This document shows positions 7,402 to 16,029 of a DNA stretch of 59,757 nucleotides, piece after piece. How positions within the stretch are numbered: the stretch's first letter is position 1; the number at the start of each line of letters is the position of its first letter. Below the pieces are notes generated by a model, which made no database searches, was not told the origin of the DNA, and saw only the letters and a program-made list of their open reading frames with translations. This stretch comes from a virus. Lineage: Duplodnaviria; Caudoviricetes. A program made the position numbers and the translations under genes. Where the stretch lies: the IMG/VR virus record IMGVR_UViG_3300028840_001210, positions 1 through 59,757 of that record; one strand, given 5' to 3'.

Positions 7402-9321
7402 TCACGAGTCGCCAGAGTCGTCGCTCTCTTCGTCTTCGCACGCGCAGCACTCCCCCGAGCACTCCCCCGGACCACTCTCAGCGAGCTGGCTTTCGAGATC
7501 CAGACCAAAAGCGCTGGCCAGATCTGCAGACGACGCCATCGCCGGCATCGCGCGCTTGATCGCTTCGACGTTCTCAGCTAGCGCCAGTGGATGCATGAGA
7601 GCTTGCGGAGCTGGCGCGCTCGCGCAAGTCGCGTCCTGGATGGACTCGGCGAGCGCGCCGATCTCTTTCGCCCAAGTACAGACTTGCGGATTTGCGCTCT
7701 GGTCGACCACGTCGGCGATCTCTTGCAGCTCGATCCCATAAGCGATCAAGTCGTCGCCAATGGCGCGCAAGCGCTCGCCGATCGGACCTGTGGGCGGCTC
7801 TATTGGCGGCTCGACCGGTGGATCGACTGGATCGTCTGTGAGCATCTCGACGATCACTTGGTCAAAGTGGATCGCGTTTAGGTCGACAGCAAAGTCGGCA
7901 GAGTACCACAGAAAGACGTGTATACGATCTGTCTGCGCGATCACTTCCGGACTATAGATCCACGTCCAGACTCGCTGGTTTTGCGGCTTTTCGCGCACGT
8001 CAAACCACTCGCCATACTGGACGCTCCCGGCTTTGTAGTAGATCCCGCCACTGGGATCGATCCCGGCTCGCGTCCCCATTGCGCCATCGTTGTCGTTTTC
8101 TTGCTCTTTGCTTATGATCCACGCTCGAAAGCGAAAGCGCACTCGCCGGCCTGGCTGCACTGGTACAGAGCGATAGAGCGCGCCCTCGAGCGTGCTGTGT
8201 GGCTTGAACACGGCAGCGCTCAGTGGCGGCGAGTCTGGATCGACTCCGTCGTCGCCATCGCGCAGATCGCGCGAGTCGCACTCTGGTCGATCAAAGTTAC
8301 CGTCGCCTGGCTCTTCTCGCCAGTCGACGACGTACTCGACGCCATCAGCGCCCACTGGGATCGTCAGCTCGTCGATGTCGTCTTGGTCGTGAAACTCGTT
8401 AAAATGATCCCGCACGATCTCGATCCACTCTTCTGGCATGTCTGTCTCCTTGTCTGGCCAAGTATGACCACGTGTCATGGCGTCGCGTAAGTCAGCCTTG
8501 ACGCCCTCTTTATCCCCAAACGACCACTTGTCGCCTGTGTTCTGCCATCGAAACAGTGTTACAGCTCGGATCACATGCTGGCCATGGGTACTGTTCCACT
8601 CGTTGATCTCTTCGTACACGTTCTTTACCCAACCACTATTGACGTCAGCCCATGCGACGTCTTGGTCAGTCTCTAGAATGTAAATTGCCGAGCCAGCCGG
8701 GACCACAGAGCAAAAGTCGCGATACACTCGAAAGTTATAGAAGCGATCTTCGTATGGCCAGTCCATGGTGGCGTCAGAGAACACGAGATCTGGATCGCTG
8801 CCATGGGTGTACGCATGCAAGACGACGCCATCGAAGGCCTCGACGCTCTCGATCATGTCGCGCTGGTACTGTACCCAATCGCCCATGGTAGCATTCCATG
8901 GAGCGACAGCACCAAGCAAGATCTGCGCGTCTGGTCGAGCTGCCTTCGCTTTCTTGTACACAGCGTCAAAGCACTCTGCATAAGAGAAAGCGTCAAAGCC
9001 GCCCATGTTCGGCTCGTTTGCGATGACAAAAAAGTCGCAGCCCTGGGTATTCTTGACGAAAGACGCGACGCGCGTGGCAAAGTCGCCATAATGCTCTGGA
9101 TCTGGGATCGTCTCGTTTGCGTGGTACGAGTTGTCGACACGACAGAAGACCTGTATATCTTTCTCGGCCAAAAAGCGATAGTCAGCGCCTTCTGTGTTGT
9201 TTGGATCGTGTCCCACTTGCACAGCGTCGACGATCGAGCCCTTGACGCCAGCGTCGAGCAAGATACGCTCGCCGCCAATGTCGTGTACGCTGTACAGTAC
9301 TTCGCTCACAGGTGCTTGCAT
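7402..9321 (-). CDS. Putative endolysin: GH-A-like glycoside hydrolase plus carbohydrate-binding-like domain
   Basis: ANEPN and YILETDQ acid/base and nucleophile-like motifs, LHAY, PVDPPVEPP linker; lies between tail and holin-like genes. Confidence 0.55.
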   Translation of the reverse strand: MQAPVSEVLYSVHDIGGERILLDAGVKGSIVDAVQVGHDPNNTEGADYRFLAEKDIQVFCRVDNSYHANETIPDPEHYGDFATRVASFVKNTQGCDFFVIANEPNMGGFDAFSYAECFDAVYKKAKAARPDAQILLGAVAPWNATMGDWVQYQRDMIESVEAFDGVVLHAYTHGSDPDLVFSDATMDWPYEDRFYNFRVYRDFCSVVPAGSAIYILETDQDVAWADVNSGWVKNVYEEINEWNSTHGQHVIRAVTLFRWQNTGDKWSFGDKEGVKADLRDAMTRGHTWPDKETDMPEEWIEIVRDHFNEFHDQDDIDELTIPVGADGVEYVVDWREEPGDGNFDRPECDSRDLRDGDDGVDPDSPPLSAAVFKPHSTLEGALYRSVPVQPGRRVRFRFRAWIISKEQENDNDGAMGTRAGIDPSGGIYYKAGSVQYGEWFDVREKPQNQRVWTWIYSPEVIAQTDRIHVFLWYSADFAVDLNAIHFDQVIVEMLTDDPVDPPVEPPIEPPTGPIGERLRAIGDDLIAYGIELQEIADVVDQSANPQVCTWAKEIGALAESIQDATCASAPAPQALMHPLALAENVEAIKRAMPAMASSADLASAFGLDLESQLAESGPGECSGECCACEDEESDDSGDS

Positions 9322-9331
9322 AAGTCCCCCT

Positions 9332-9769
9332 TTACCACTCTTCGATCTTGTCGCCGACTTGGTACTCGCCGCACTCATTGACGCGCAGCTCGTACCCCAT
9401 CCAGAGATCTGGCTCTAGTCGCCAGACCCCACAGTCGCGTGGCTTTGGCGTCGCAGTCGCTTGGACGATACGCGCTTCCAGCTCGATCGTCTCAGGCGCC
9501 GGCAGTGGCGACAGTGGCGACCAGAACAGATCGCGCCACGCGACGCAGTCATGCAGCTCGCCATCGATCTCGCGCTGCCACGAGACGTGGTCGACTGGTA
9601 CAGCGCACTGCAGAGAGTCCCCCACTGGCACAGCGCACATGATCGTGTCGCCATACAGCCCACAGCCAGCGCTGTCGGCTGTACACGCGTCTCGCTCTTG
9701 CGCAGTGACCGCGATCGCGATCAAGCCAAGAGCGAGCACAAAAACGAGTGACCAGAAAAGCCTTTTCAC
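9332..9769 (-). CDS. Secreted or membrane-anchored Cys-containing protein
   Basis: GTG start after AAGGGGG; signal-peptide-like N-terminus. Confidence 0.6.
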   Translation of the reverse strand: MKRLFWSLVFVLALGLIAIAVTAQERDACTADSAGCGLYGDTIMCAVPVGDSLQCAVPVDHVSWQREIDGELHDCVAWRDLFWSPLSPLPAPETIELEARIVQATATPKPRDCGVWRLEPDLWMGYELRVNECGEYQVGDKIEEW

Positions 9770-9786
9770 TTGTCCCCCTTTCCAGA

Positions 9787-10590
9787 CTAGAATGTCGAGT
9801 AAAACCAGTCCACAGCGCCAAAGTCGTTGAACGACGTCGCCAAGTTTCGGTAGTATATCCCCACTCTGGCTGGCGTCCAAGTCTGGCCAGCCGGTGCCGT
9901 TGTCCAAAGCGCGCCTATTGATGGACGACCTGCAGCCGAGATACTACTGATCGCCGCTTCGCCAAAAGTCATTATGCGCGGATTCCAGCTTGACCACTCT
10001 GTACCACGCGTCGAGAGCCAAAGACCATAGAAAGACTGATGCAAGAGAGAGTGCGTCGCGCTCAAGATCGTTTTTGCGCCGCCCCCAGCGCGATACTCGT
10101 ATCTATAGATCGGTGGACCAGACGACACAGCACCTGGCGATCGAATAAAGACGCGCAAAAAGTTATTTGCGCCTTCCCCATCGCCAGCGTCGACGCCATC
10201 GTCGACCATGAGACCTATCTCGCATGAATAGTTGGCTGCGACCCTTACAGCTATATCGCATTGGCTTGCGGCTGGCGTCACAGTGATGTACTTGAAAGCT
10301 CTCACGCTCGCATTATGCGCTATCTGCAGCATAGAGTTTTCATAGTTTTGTACAGATGGCGTCGCCCAGCCTGCAGCATACGCAGCCCAACCAGTCCACG
10401 CGAGCGTGTCGCCGCCACGCCGGAAGTGATCGTCTGGCTCGAAGCCTTGGTCGACAAAGCGCGCCCAGAGTCCACCGTCGTCGTTGTCTGGATAGACGTC
10501 TTTTCCTTCTTGGAGTGTGATGTCGTCGGCCCTGTGCCAAAACTCAGAGTCGATCGCCATGGCCATGTCGTCGGCCAATTGCTGGACCAT
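9787..10590 (-). CDS. Minor tail / receptor-binding protein
   Basis: End of tail module; beta-rich Trp/Gly composition. Confidence 0.55.
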   Translation of the reverse strand: MVQQLADDMAMAIDSEFWHRADDITLQEGKDVYPDNDDGGLWARFVDQGFEPDDHFRRGGDTLAWTGWAAYAAGWATPSVQNYENSMLQIAHNASVRAFKYITVTPAASQCDIAVRVAANYSCEIGLMVDDGVDAGDGEGANNFLRVFIRSPGAVSSGPPIYRYEYRAGGGAKTILSATHSLLHQSFYGLWLSTRGTEWSSWNPRIMTFGEAAISSISAAGRPSIGALWTTAPAGQTWTPARVGIYYRNLATSFNDFGAVDWFYSTF

Positions 10591-10591
10591 A

Positions 10592-11773
10592 CTATACCCC
10601 CGCTCCCGCAAGACCCATGCGCGCCAATTGCTGATCCAAGTGTGAAACCTTCTGGCCATCGACCTCGAGATCTCTAGGCGCTGAAAACTTGAGCGACTCT
10701 ATAAAGCCAGCGCGCACGTCGCTGCGCAGCTTGGCCGACGTCGCTGGTAAAGCTGTCCCGACCTGGATGTCGCCGAGAAAGACCCAAGAGTCTGGACGCA
10801 CGAGCCATGGCTCGACTCTCTGCTGCTGCAGCGTCGACCACTCTTCGTTCTCTGTGAGTGACGTTTTCAGCTCGATCGCGTTTGGCGCGAGCTGGTAGAC
10901 CAGTCGCCGGCCTTCGTACACTCCCAGAGTATAGCGTCTGTACTGCGAGTCGCCTTTGCTGGCTAGGTCTTTCAAGATCGTCCATGCGCGCTTGTCTTTG
11001 TTCTCGTACTGCGAGATCTGCGTCGTGTTCGCTGCGATGCGCGTATAGTCGCTGGAAAAGATCCCGTTAGGATCTGCAGCGAGCACGGCGACGATCTTGT
11101 CGTCGAGATCGATGTTGCCAGACGAAGCTGTCTGATTATAGATATAGGCCTCGAGCCATGCCCAGTAGCCAAGACAGTCGAGCGAGACTTGCGGCTCGCT
11201 TCCAGCTCGCAGCGTCGCGCGACGTCCGGACTCTGGCCATGCGTGCTCTACAAGCCAAGTGTTGGCGACCTGTAGCGCTTCTGTCGCGTTTGATCCCGAG
11301 ATACTCGCGACTTTTTGCCAGACGCCATGCTCGGCCTGTGAAAACGAGTTTTCGATCCATGCAGTCGTGTCGCGCTTTCCTACTGTTGGGGGACTGGTCG
11401 ACGTGTCGACTGTCGAGTACGCGACTTTGACTTTGTTCCCTATGCTCACCAAGGGACCGATCACGATCTTGGCTCTTCCCAGATTGATCGTCAATTTGTT
11501 GACAAAGCCTTCCCATACAGTCGACAAGCCTGGCGACATGACTTCGATGTGACGCCCGACGCCACGCGAGATCCAGTCGTTTGCTTCGCCGAGTCCAATG
11601 AAAGACGCGATCGACGCTGCGTAAAATCCCCCAGTTGCGCGCATCTGATGCGAGTAACTCGACAAGGTCTCTGTGATCGTCGAGACTTCGAGTCGCGACG
11701 CTGCGACCAGTGGATCGCTCACAGTGACAGAGAGCCCGGCCTGTGTAAAGAAAGATCCCAGATCTGTCGCCAT
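10592..11773 (-). CDS. Tail tip / baseplate hub (Tal-like) protein
   Basis: Second gene after the tape measure; VWEGFV motif. Confidence 0.6.
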   Translation of the reverse strand: MATDLGSFFTQAGLSVTVSDPLVAASRLEVSTITETLSSYSHQMRATGGFYAASIASFIGLGEANDWISRGVGRHIEVMSPGLSTVWEGFVNKLTINLGRAKIVIGPLVSIGNKVKVAYSTVDTSTSPPTVGKRDTTAWIENSFSQAEHGVWQKVASISGSNATEALQVANTWLVEHAWPESGRRATLRAGSEPQVSLDCLGYWAWLEAYIYNQTASSGNIDLDDKIVAVLAADPNGIFSSDYTRIAANTTQISQYENKDKRAWTILKDLASKGDSQYRRYTLGVYEGRRLVYQLAPNAIELKTSLTENEEWSTLQQQRVEPWLVRPDSWVFLGDIQVGTALPATSAKLRSDVRAGFIESLKFSAPRDLEVDGQKVSHLDQQLARMGLAGAGV

Positions 11774-11800
11774 CTATCCCCCAGTACCAGAGTCGTCGTA

Positions 11801-11816
11801 TGTTTCCCGGGAAACA
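11801..11816. promoter_or_regulatory. parS-like palindrome (2 of 6), intergenic
   Basis: TGTTTCCCGGGAAACA. Confidence 0.8.
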
Positions 11817-11820
11817 TTGA

Positions 11821-14800
11821 TCATTGGTCGCCACGCAAAAACGAGTATCGCTGTATTGCCCACTGCTGGACGTCGCACGCGATCGAAGGGGGAGCGACAA
11901 AAGTGTCGCCATCGTCGTAGTGTCGCGCGAAAGCAAAGTACATGCGCTGGCGCTGATCTTGCTGCAGTATCGGACGTCCAGCGCTCTGCAGCGCCCATGT
12001 ACTGTCGATGTAGTCAGTAGCCGAGCCACGCAAGATCGCGCGCTTGCGCTTCGTGCGTCGCGTACCATCGACTTGGAGCAAGCGACGATACTGCTCTATA
12101 CCTCCCCAACCGAGCGCCGTTTTCTCGCTGTCTGCGTCTTCTACGTCTGCGCTCCATTCGTCGACCGGGAGCACGAGAAGATCGTACACGAAAAAGTTGC
12201 CTGGCGATCCAGTGTTAACGATCGTGACGTCCAGCTCTGTCTGCGCAGCCACTTCTGTCGAGAGCACGACGTCAGGCGCGCCGATCACGATCTCGCCCAG
12301 ATCGAGAAACTCGTAATCTTGCAAGTTTTCCGGATAGATGTTTTCTGTCTGCGTGGTCACTCCATTGGCGCGCCATCTGCATCGCAAGTAACACTCGCCG
12401 CCAGATCCATAGTCTTGGTACACGCGAGCATACATGTGGAAGCGCCCGAGCCAGTGACGCGCTTGCTCTCGATCGATCGAGTAAGTAATAGTGCCGCTTG
12501 ACGTCGCAGGCGCGTACCATGTAGTATTGCCAGCGCTCTTTGTGTCGTTCGTTGTCGTGCTCAGACCAAAGCCGATCCCGACCAGCGACCAGCCTGGCGG
12601 CAGTGTAGCACCTCCCAGATTGATCCACGCGGTAAAGTCTTCGCCACGCCAGAGAGAACGCAAGCCCATGAGCACGCGCGTCGCTTCGTGCTCTATGTTT
12701 GCATCAGTCGCATAGTCAGACGCACCCCCGAGACGCGTCTCGCTGAGCGCTGGTATGTTTCCCCCGATCTCGTTATGGCCGATCTCTGTCCATGGCCATT
12801 CTACTGCGTAGATCGGGCCATCGTTCCATGGGATCTGCAGTGGCGAGACCGCGCCCGGATTAAGATACAAGCGCACCCAAAGCGCTGTCACTCCGTTATG
12901 GGTATCTTTGACCCAGACGCCAGCGCCCTCGCCGCGCCAGTGTACAGAATTGCGGCCAAGCGTGTCGAGCGCATGACCTGTCATCGCACCATCTTGGTTT
13001 GTGTTGTCTTGCACTCGCGAAAAGTTTGTCCATCCTCCGACGCCATTGGACCGCGCCCAGGTGCCAGCGCTCGCGATCGCTGTCTGAGTGAGGTTAAACA
13101 CGAGCGAGTAGAAAGGCCCAAAGCTCGGCCCGACGTCTTCGATCCCAAAAAGTATATAAGAGCCACTACCAGCGACCAGCCTTTCGAGTAATGGGTAAGG
13201 GCCACTCAAGTTTGCCAAGTTGGGACCGTACACCCACGCGCCCCCATCCCATGTATAGCTATAGATGTGTGTGATCTGCGCTGGCGACCACCTGTTACCC
13301 ACAAAGACGCCCATGTCTTCGCAAAGTGGATCGAGTGTGATCGGCGCTCCAAGAGCTGGATCGCACGTCAGCGCGAAGACTGGATCGCAGTCGCTTCCCC
13401 ATGTACCGTTTTCGATTAAACCATGGTTCTTGTAGTAAGAATTGTCAAAAGCGACCTCGCCATGATCGTCAAAGATCGTCAAGAGTACAAGAGTCAGATA
13501 GTCCCGATCGTACAATTGCCACCATGGCAAGCATCGATCTGGGGGAGTAAAATTTGACGTCCATCTGATGGCTTTCGTGACTCGCACCCATGCTATGTCG
13601 CCGTCGAAAGTTGTCGTAGCATTTGCGCGATTCGCGATCGTAAGATCGACACCTACGTCAGTAGCGATCGCGCCGTTTCTCACTTGTGTATTGTTTGTCT
13701 GCTCGACGCCATCGATCCAAAGTCTCGGATTAGTGGAAGCTGCGTCGTCCCATGTGAACGCAACATGGTGCCATGCGCTGTCAGTAGTGAACGCGACAGT
13801 ACCAGACCATGCGCGACCGTTAGCAGTCGCACATTCAATAGTCGCCGCTAAACCCTCGACTGAACTGACATGAAAACGCCAGCCAACGTTGGTATTCCAT
13901 CCCTTTTGTATGATAGTCCCTGCATTGTTTTCGCCCCAGCCATTCGTTCTGATCCACGCATCGACTGTAAACGCAGCGTCATGTAGATCTTGCAAGTGAG
14001 TAGGATCGCCGTAATTGATCAGCGTGTCTTGACCGTCACAGACAACAAAACTGTTTTTCGTTCTCACATAAGCGATCTGTTCTGCGACGTCGCTGCAGCA
14101 CTCGCAGCCCCATGTCAAGTTGTCGATCGTGCCGTTGTTCGCATTCTCGCTCAGATCAGACACTTCGACGCCGAAACCTTCATGGATTCCGAGCCAAACA
14201 GTATTAGAGTCTTTCGTCGGAAGAGTGCAACGAGCCGGGATTGCGTCATTAAAATCAGTCGTGTATTTTACGACGTCAGAGATCATGACCCATCCCAGAT
14301 CAGCGTTTGCAGCCCTGTTTCCGTCTGAGCGTGCGAGCATGGTCAGATCGTCCCCGACGTCAGAGACGATCGCGCCGTTTCTGTTGGCGAGCACGATCCC
14401 AACGTTCAGACCGTCGACAAAAATAGTCGGCGCTTGGTAGCTCGCATCGTCCCAGCACACTGCGACATGGTGCCACTCGCCAAACGACATAGTAAAATTA
14501 GGTGCATAAGTTGCGCCATCCGTCACAGCACAGACGACCTCCGCGCGTACTTGCTGGGACACGCGCAGCGTGACATTCCAACCAGAGTTGTATAGATTGC
14601 CTTTTGAGATCAAGCATGAGTTGTTCGTTGCATGCTCCCATACGCGAACCCAAAACTCGCATGTAAACGCGTCGTCACCAAGATCCTGTAGCACTGCGTC
14701 GTCGAGTACGACAATACCTTGCCCCGGTTGTGCGTATGCAGAAACATAGCTAGGCGCGCATTGTGCGATGTTTCCTTGTAAGTGTTCGCAGTCGCATCTA

Positions 14801-16029
14801 AAAGAACCATTCGACAGCGTGCCATCGATCGCGGCTGTCCCTTCTTGGTTAACGATTGTACCTGATCCAGCCCCACTATAGTCGACGCCGATCCACTGGC
14901 CGACAGTGGACGCGTCGATCTCTGGTAGCCTGCAGCGCTCTGGCGGTGTGAAGCGTCGATTATAGCGCACGACGTCAGACACGCGCGTCCAAGCGATACC
15001 ACCGTCGAAACCAGCGCCATTGTCTGCGCGATTTCCTATGATCAACGTTTGCCCTACGTCAGAAAGCACAGCGCCAGATCTCTCTGACTCTACTCCATTG
15101 GTCTGGTACTCACCATCGATCCACAAGTGAGGAAAACGATCGGTTGAGTCGTCCCATGTCATGGCCACATGTCGCCATTCCCCAGTATATGGAAAGACGT
15201 CGATCTCGCTAACCGATTCGGCGCTCGTGACTGCACAGAAGATCTGACCACGCAAGCCTCGACCACTCAGACGCATGCGCCAGCCGACGCTGGCGTTATT
15301 GTCTTTACCGATCACGTAGCCGCGATTCAGCTCGCCAACACTGTCGGCACGCACCCACGCTTCGATCGTAAAAGCGTTATCAGCTAGATCTTGGATCACA
15401 GCATTGTCAGGAACCACGATCTGTGTATTCGACCCGTTAAACTCGACATGGTAGTGACTGCACGTCTCGCTATAGCCAGCGCTTGGCACACAGTCGCCCT
15501 GGTCGACTGGACGATAGTTTCGCCATGGACCATGCTCGAAAGAAAACGGGAGATCTTGAGACTCGCTCGCGCCCGAGCCATCCAGCACAAGTGGCGGCTT
15601 GTATGGGTTAACATGGCGTGGTAGTGACCAGCCATACAAGATCGCGTACTGCGCATTGGTCTGGCCTCGACCACGCACAGCCAGCCAGACTGGCTGGTCG
15701 TTCACACCGGCATAATAGTCTGTCGAGAGCTGCAAAAGCTCAAAGAGCCGATGCACGTTTCGCATGCAGTCGTCTGGGTTTTGACCTCGAATAGTGAGAT
15801 CGAGAGCGTCGCTTATGTTGTCCCAGAACGCGCCAGCCATCTCGCGCCCTTCTGCGATAGGCGAGTCGCGCCAGATACCGCCCCCTTTCCACGTCAGAGC
15901 GTTTGGTACATAGCCAGATCCACAGTACACGTCACCGATCAGATCGAGCGCAACAAACTGCAGATCGCCATCTTGGTCGTATGTGTACGTCTGGATCTCG
16001 AATTGCGCGAGCTTGAAACGTTTAGCCAT
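11821..16029 (-). CDS. Distal tail protein with three LamG/concanavalin-like domains
   Basis: Three repeats of DL.D.AFT...W.R ... W.HVA..WDD ... (W/F)(I/V)DG; follows the tape measure. Confidence 0.8.
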   Translation of the reverse strand: MAKRFKLAQFEIQTYTYDQDGDLQFVALDLIGDVYCGSGYVPNALTWKGGGIWRDSPIAEGREMAGAFWDNISDALDLTIRGQNPDDCMRNVHRLFELLQLSTDYYAGVNDQPVWLAVRGRGQTNAQYAILYGWSLPRHVNPYKPPLVLDGSGASESQDLPFSFEHGPWRNYRPVDQGDCVPSAGYSETCSHYHVEFNGSNTQIVVPDNAVIQDLADNAFTIEAWVRADSVGELNRGYVIGKDNNASVGWRMRLSGRGLRGQIFCAVTSAESVSEIDVFPYTGEWRHVAMTWDDSTDRFPHLWIDGEYQTNGVESERSGAVLSDVGQTLIIGNRADNGAGFDGGIAWTRVSDVVRYNRRFTPPERCRLPEIDASTVGQWIGVDYSGAGSGTIVNQEGTAAIDGTLSNGSFRCDCEHLQGNIAQCAPSYVSAYAQPGQGIVVLDDAVLQDLGDDAFTCEFWVRVWEHATNNSCLISKGNLYNSGWNVTLRVSQQVRAEVVCAVTDGATYAPNFTMSFGEWHHVAVCWDDASYQAPTIFVDGLNVGIVLANRNGAIVSDVGDDLTMLARSDGNRAANADLGWVMISDVVKYTTDFNDAIPARCTLPTKDSNTVWLGIHEGFGVEVSDLSENANNGTIDNLTWGCECCSDVAEQIAYVRTKNSFVVCDGQDTLINYGDPTHLQDLHDAAFTVDAWIRTNGWGENNAGTIIQKGWNTNVGWRFHVSSVEGLAATIECATANGRAWSGTVAFTTDSAWHHVAFTWDDAASTNPRLWIDGVEQTNNTQVRNGAIATDVGVDLTIANRANATTTFDGDIAWVRVTKAIRWTSNFTPPDRCLPWWQLYDRDYLTLVLLTIFDDHGEVAFDNSYYKNHGLIENGTWGSDCDPVFALTCDPALGAPITLDPLCEDMGVFVGNRWSPAQITHIYSYTWDGGAWVYGPNLANLSGPYPLLERLVAGSGSYILFGIEDVGPSFGPFYSLVFNLTQTAIASAGTWARSNGVGGWTNFSRVQDNTNQDGAMTGHALDTLGRNSVHWRGEGAGVWVKDTHNGVTALWVRLYLNPGAVSPLQIPWNDGPIYAVEWPWTEIGHNEIGGNIPALSETRLGGASDYATDANIEHEATRVLMGLRSLWRGEDFTAWINLGGATLPPGWSLVGIGFGLSTTTNDTKSAGNTTWYAPATSSGTITYSIDREQARHWLGRFHMYARVYQDYGSGGECYLRCRWRANGVTTQTENIYPENLQDYEFLDLGEIVIGAPDVVLSTEVAAQTELDVTIVNTGSPGNFFVYDLLVLPVDEWSADVEDADSEKTALGWGGIEQYRRLLQVDGTRRTKRKRAILRGSATDYIDSTWALQSAGRPILQQDQRQRMYFAFARHYDDGDTFVAPPSIACDVQQWAIQRYSFLRGDQ

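Noticed and set aside
7447-7470. Short tandem repeat GCACTCCCCCG x2
   Set aside because: Two copies in a low-complexity protein tail; no evidence of function
9787-16029. Diversity-generating retroelement or invertible tail-fibre system
   Set aside because: No reverse transcriptase, invertase or template/variable repeat pair seen
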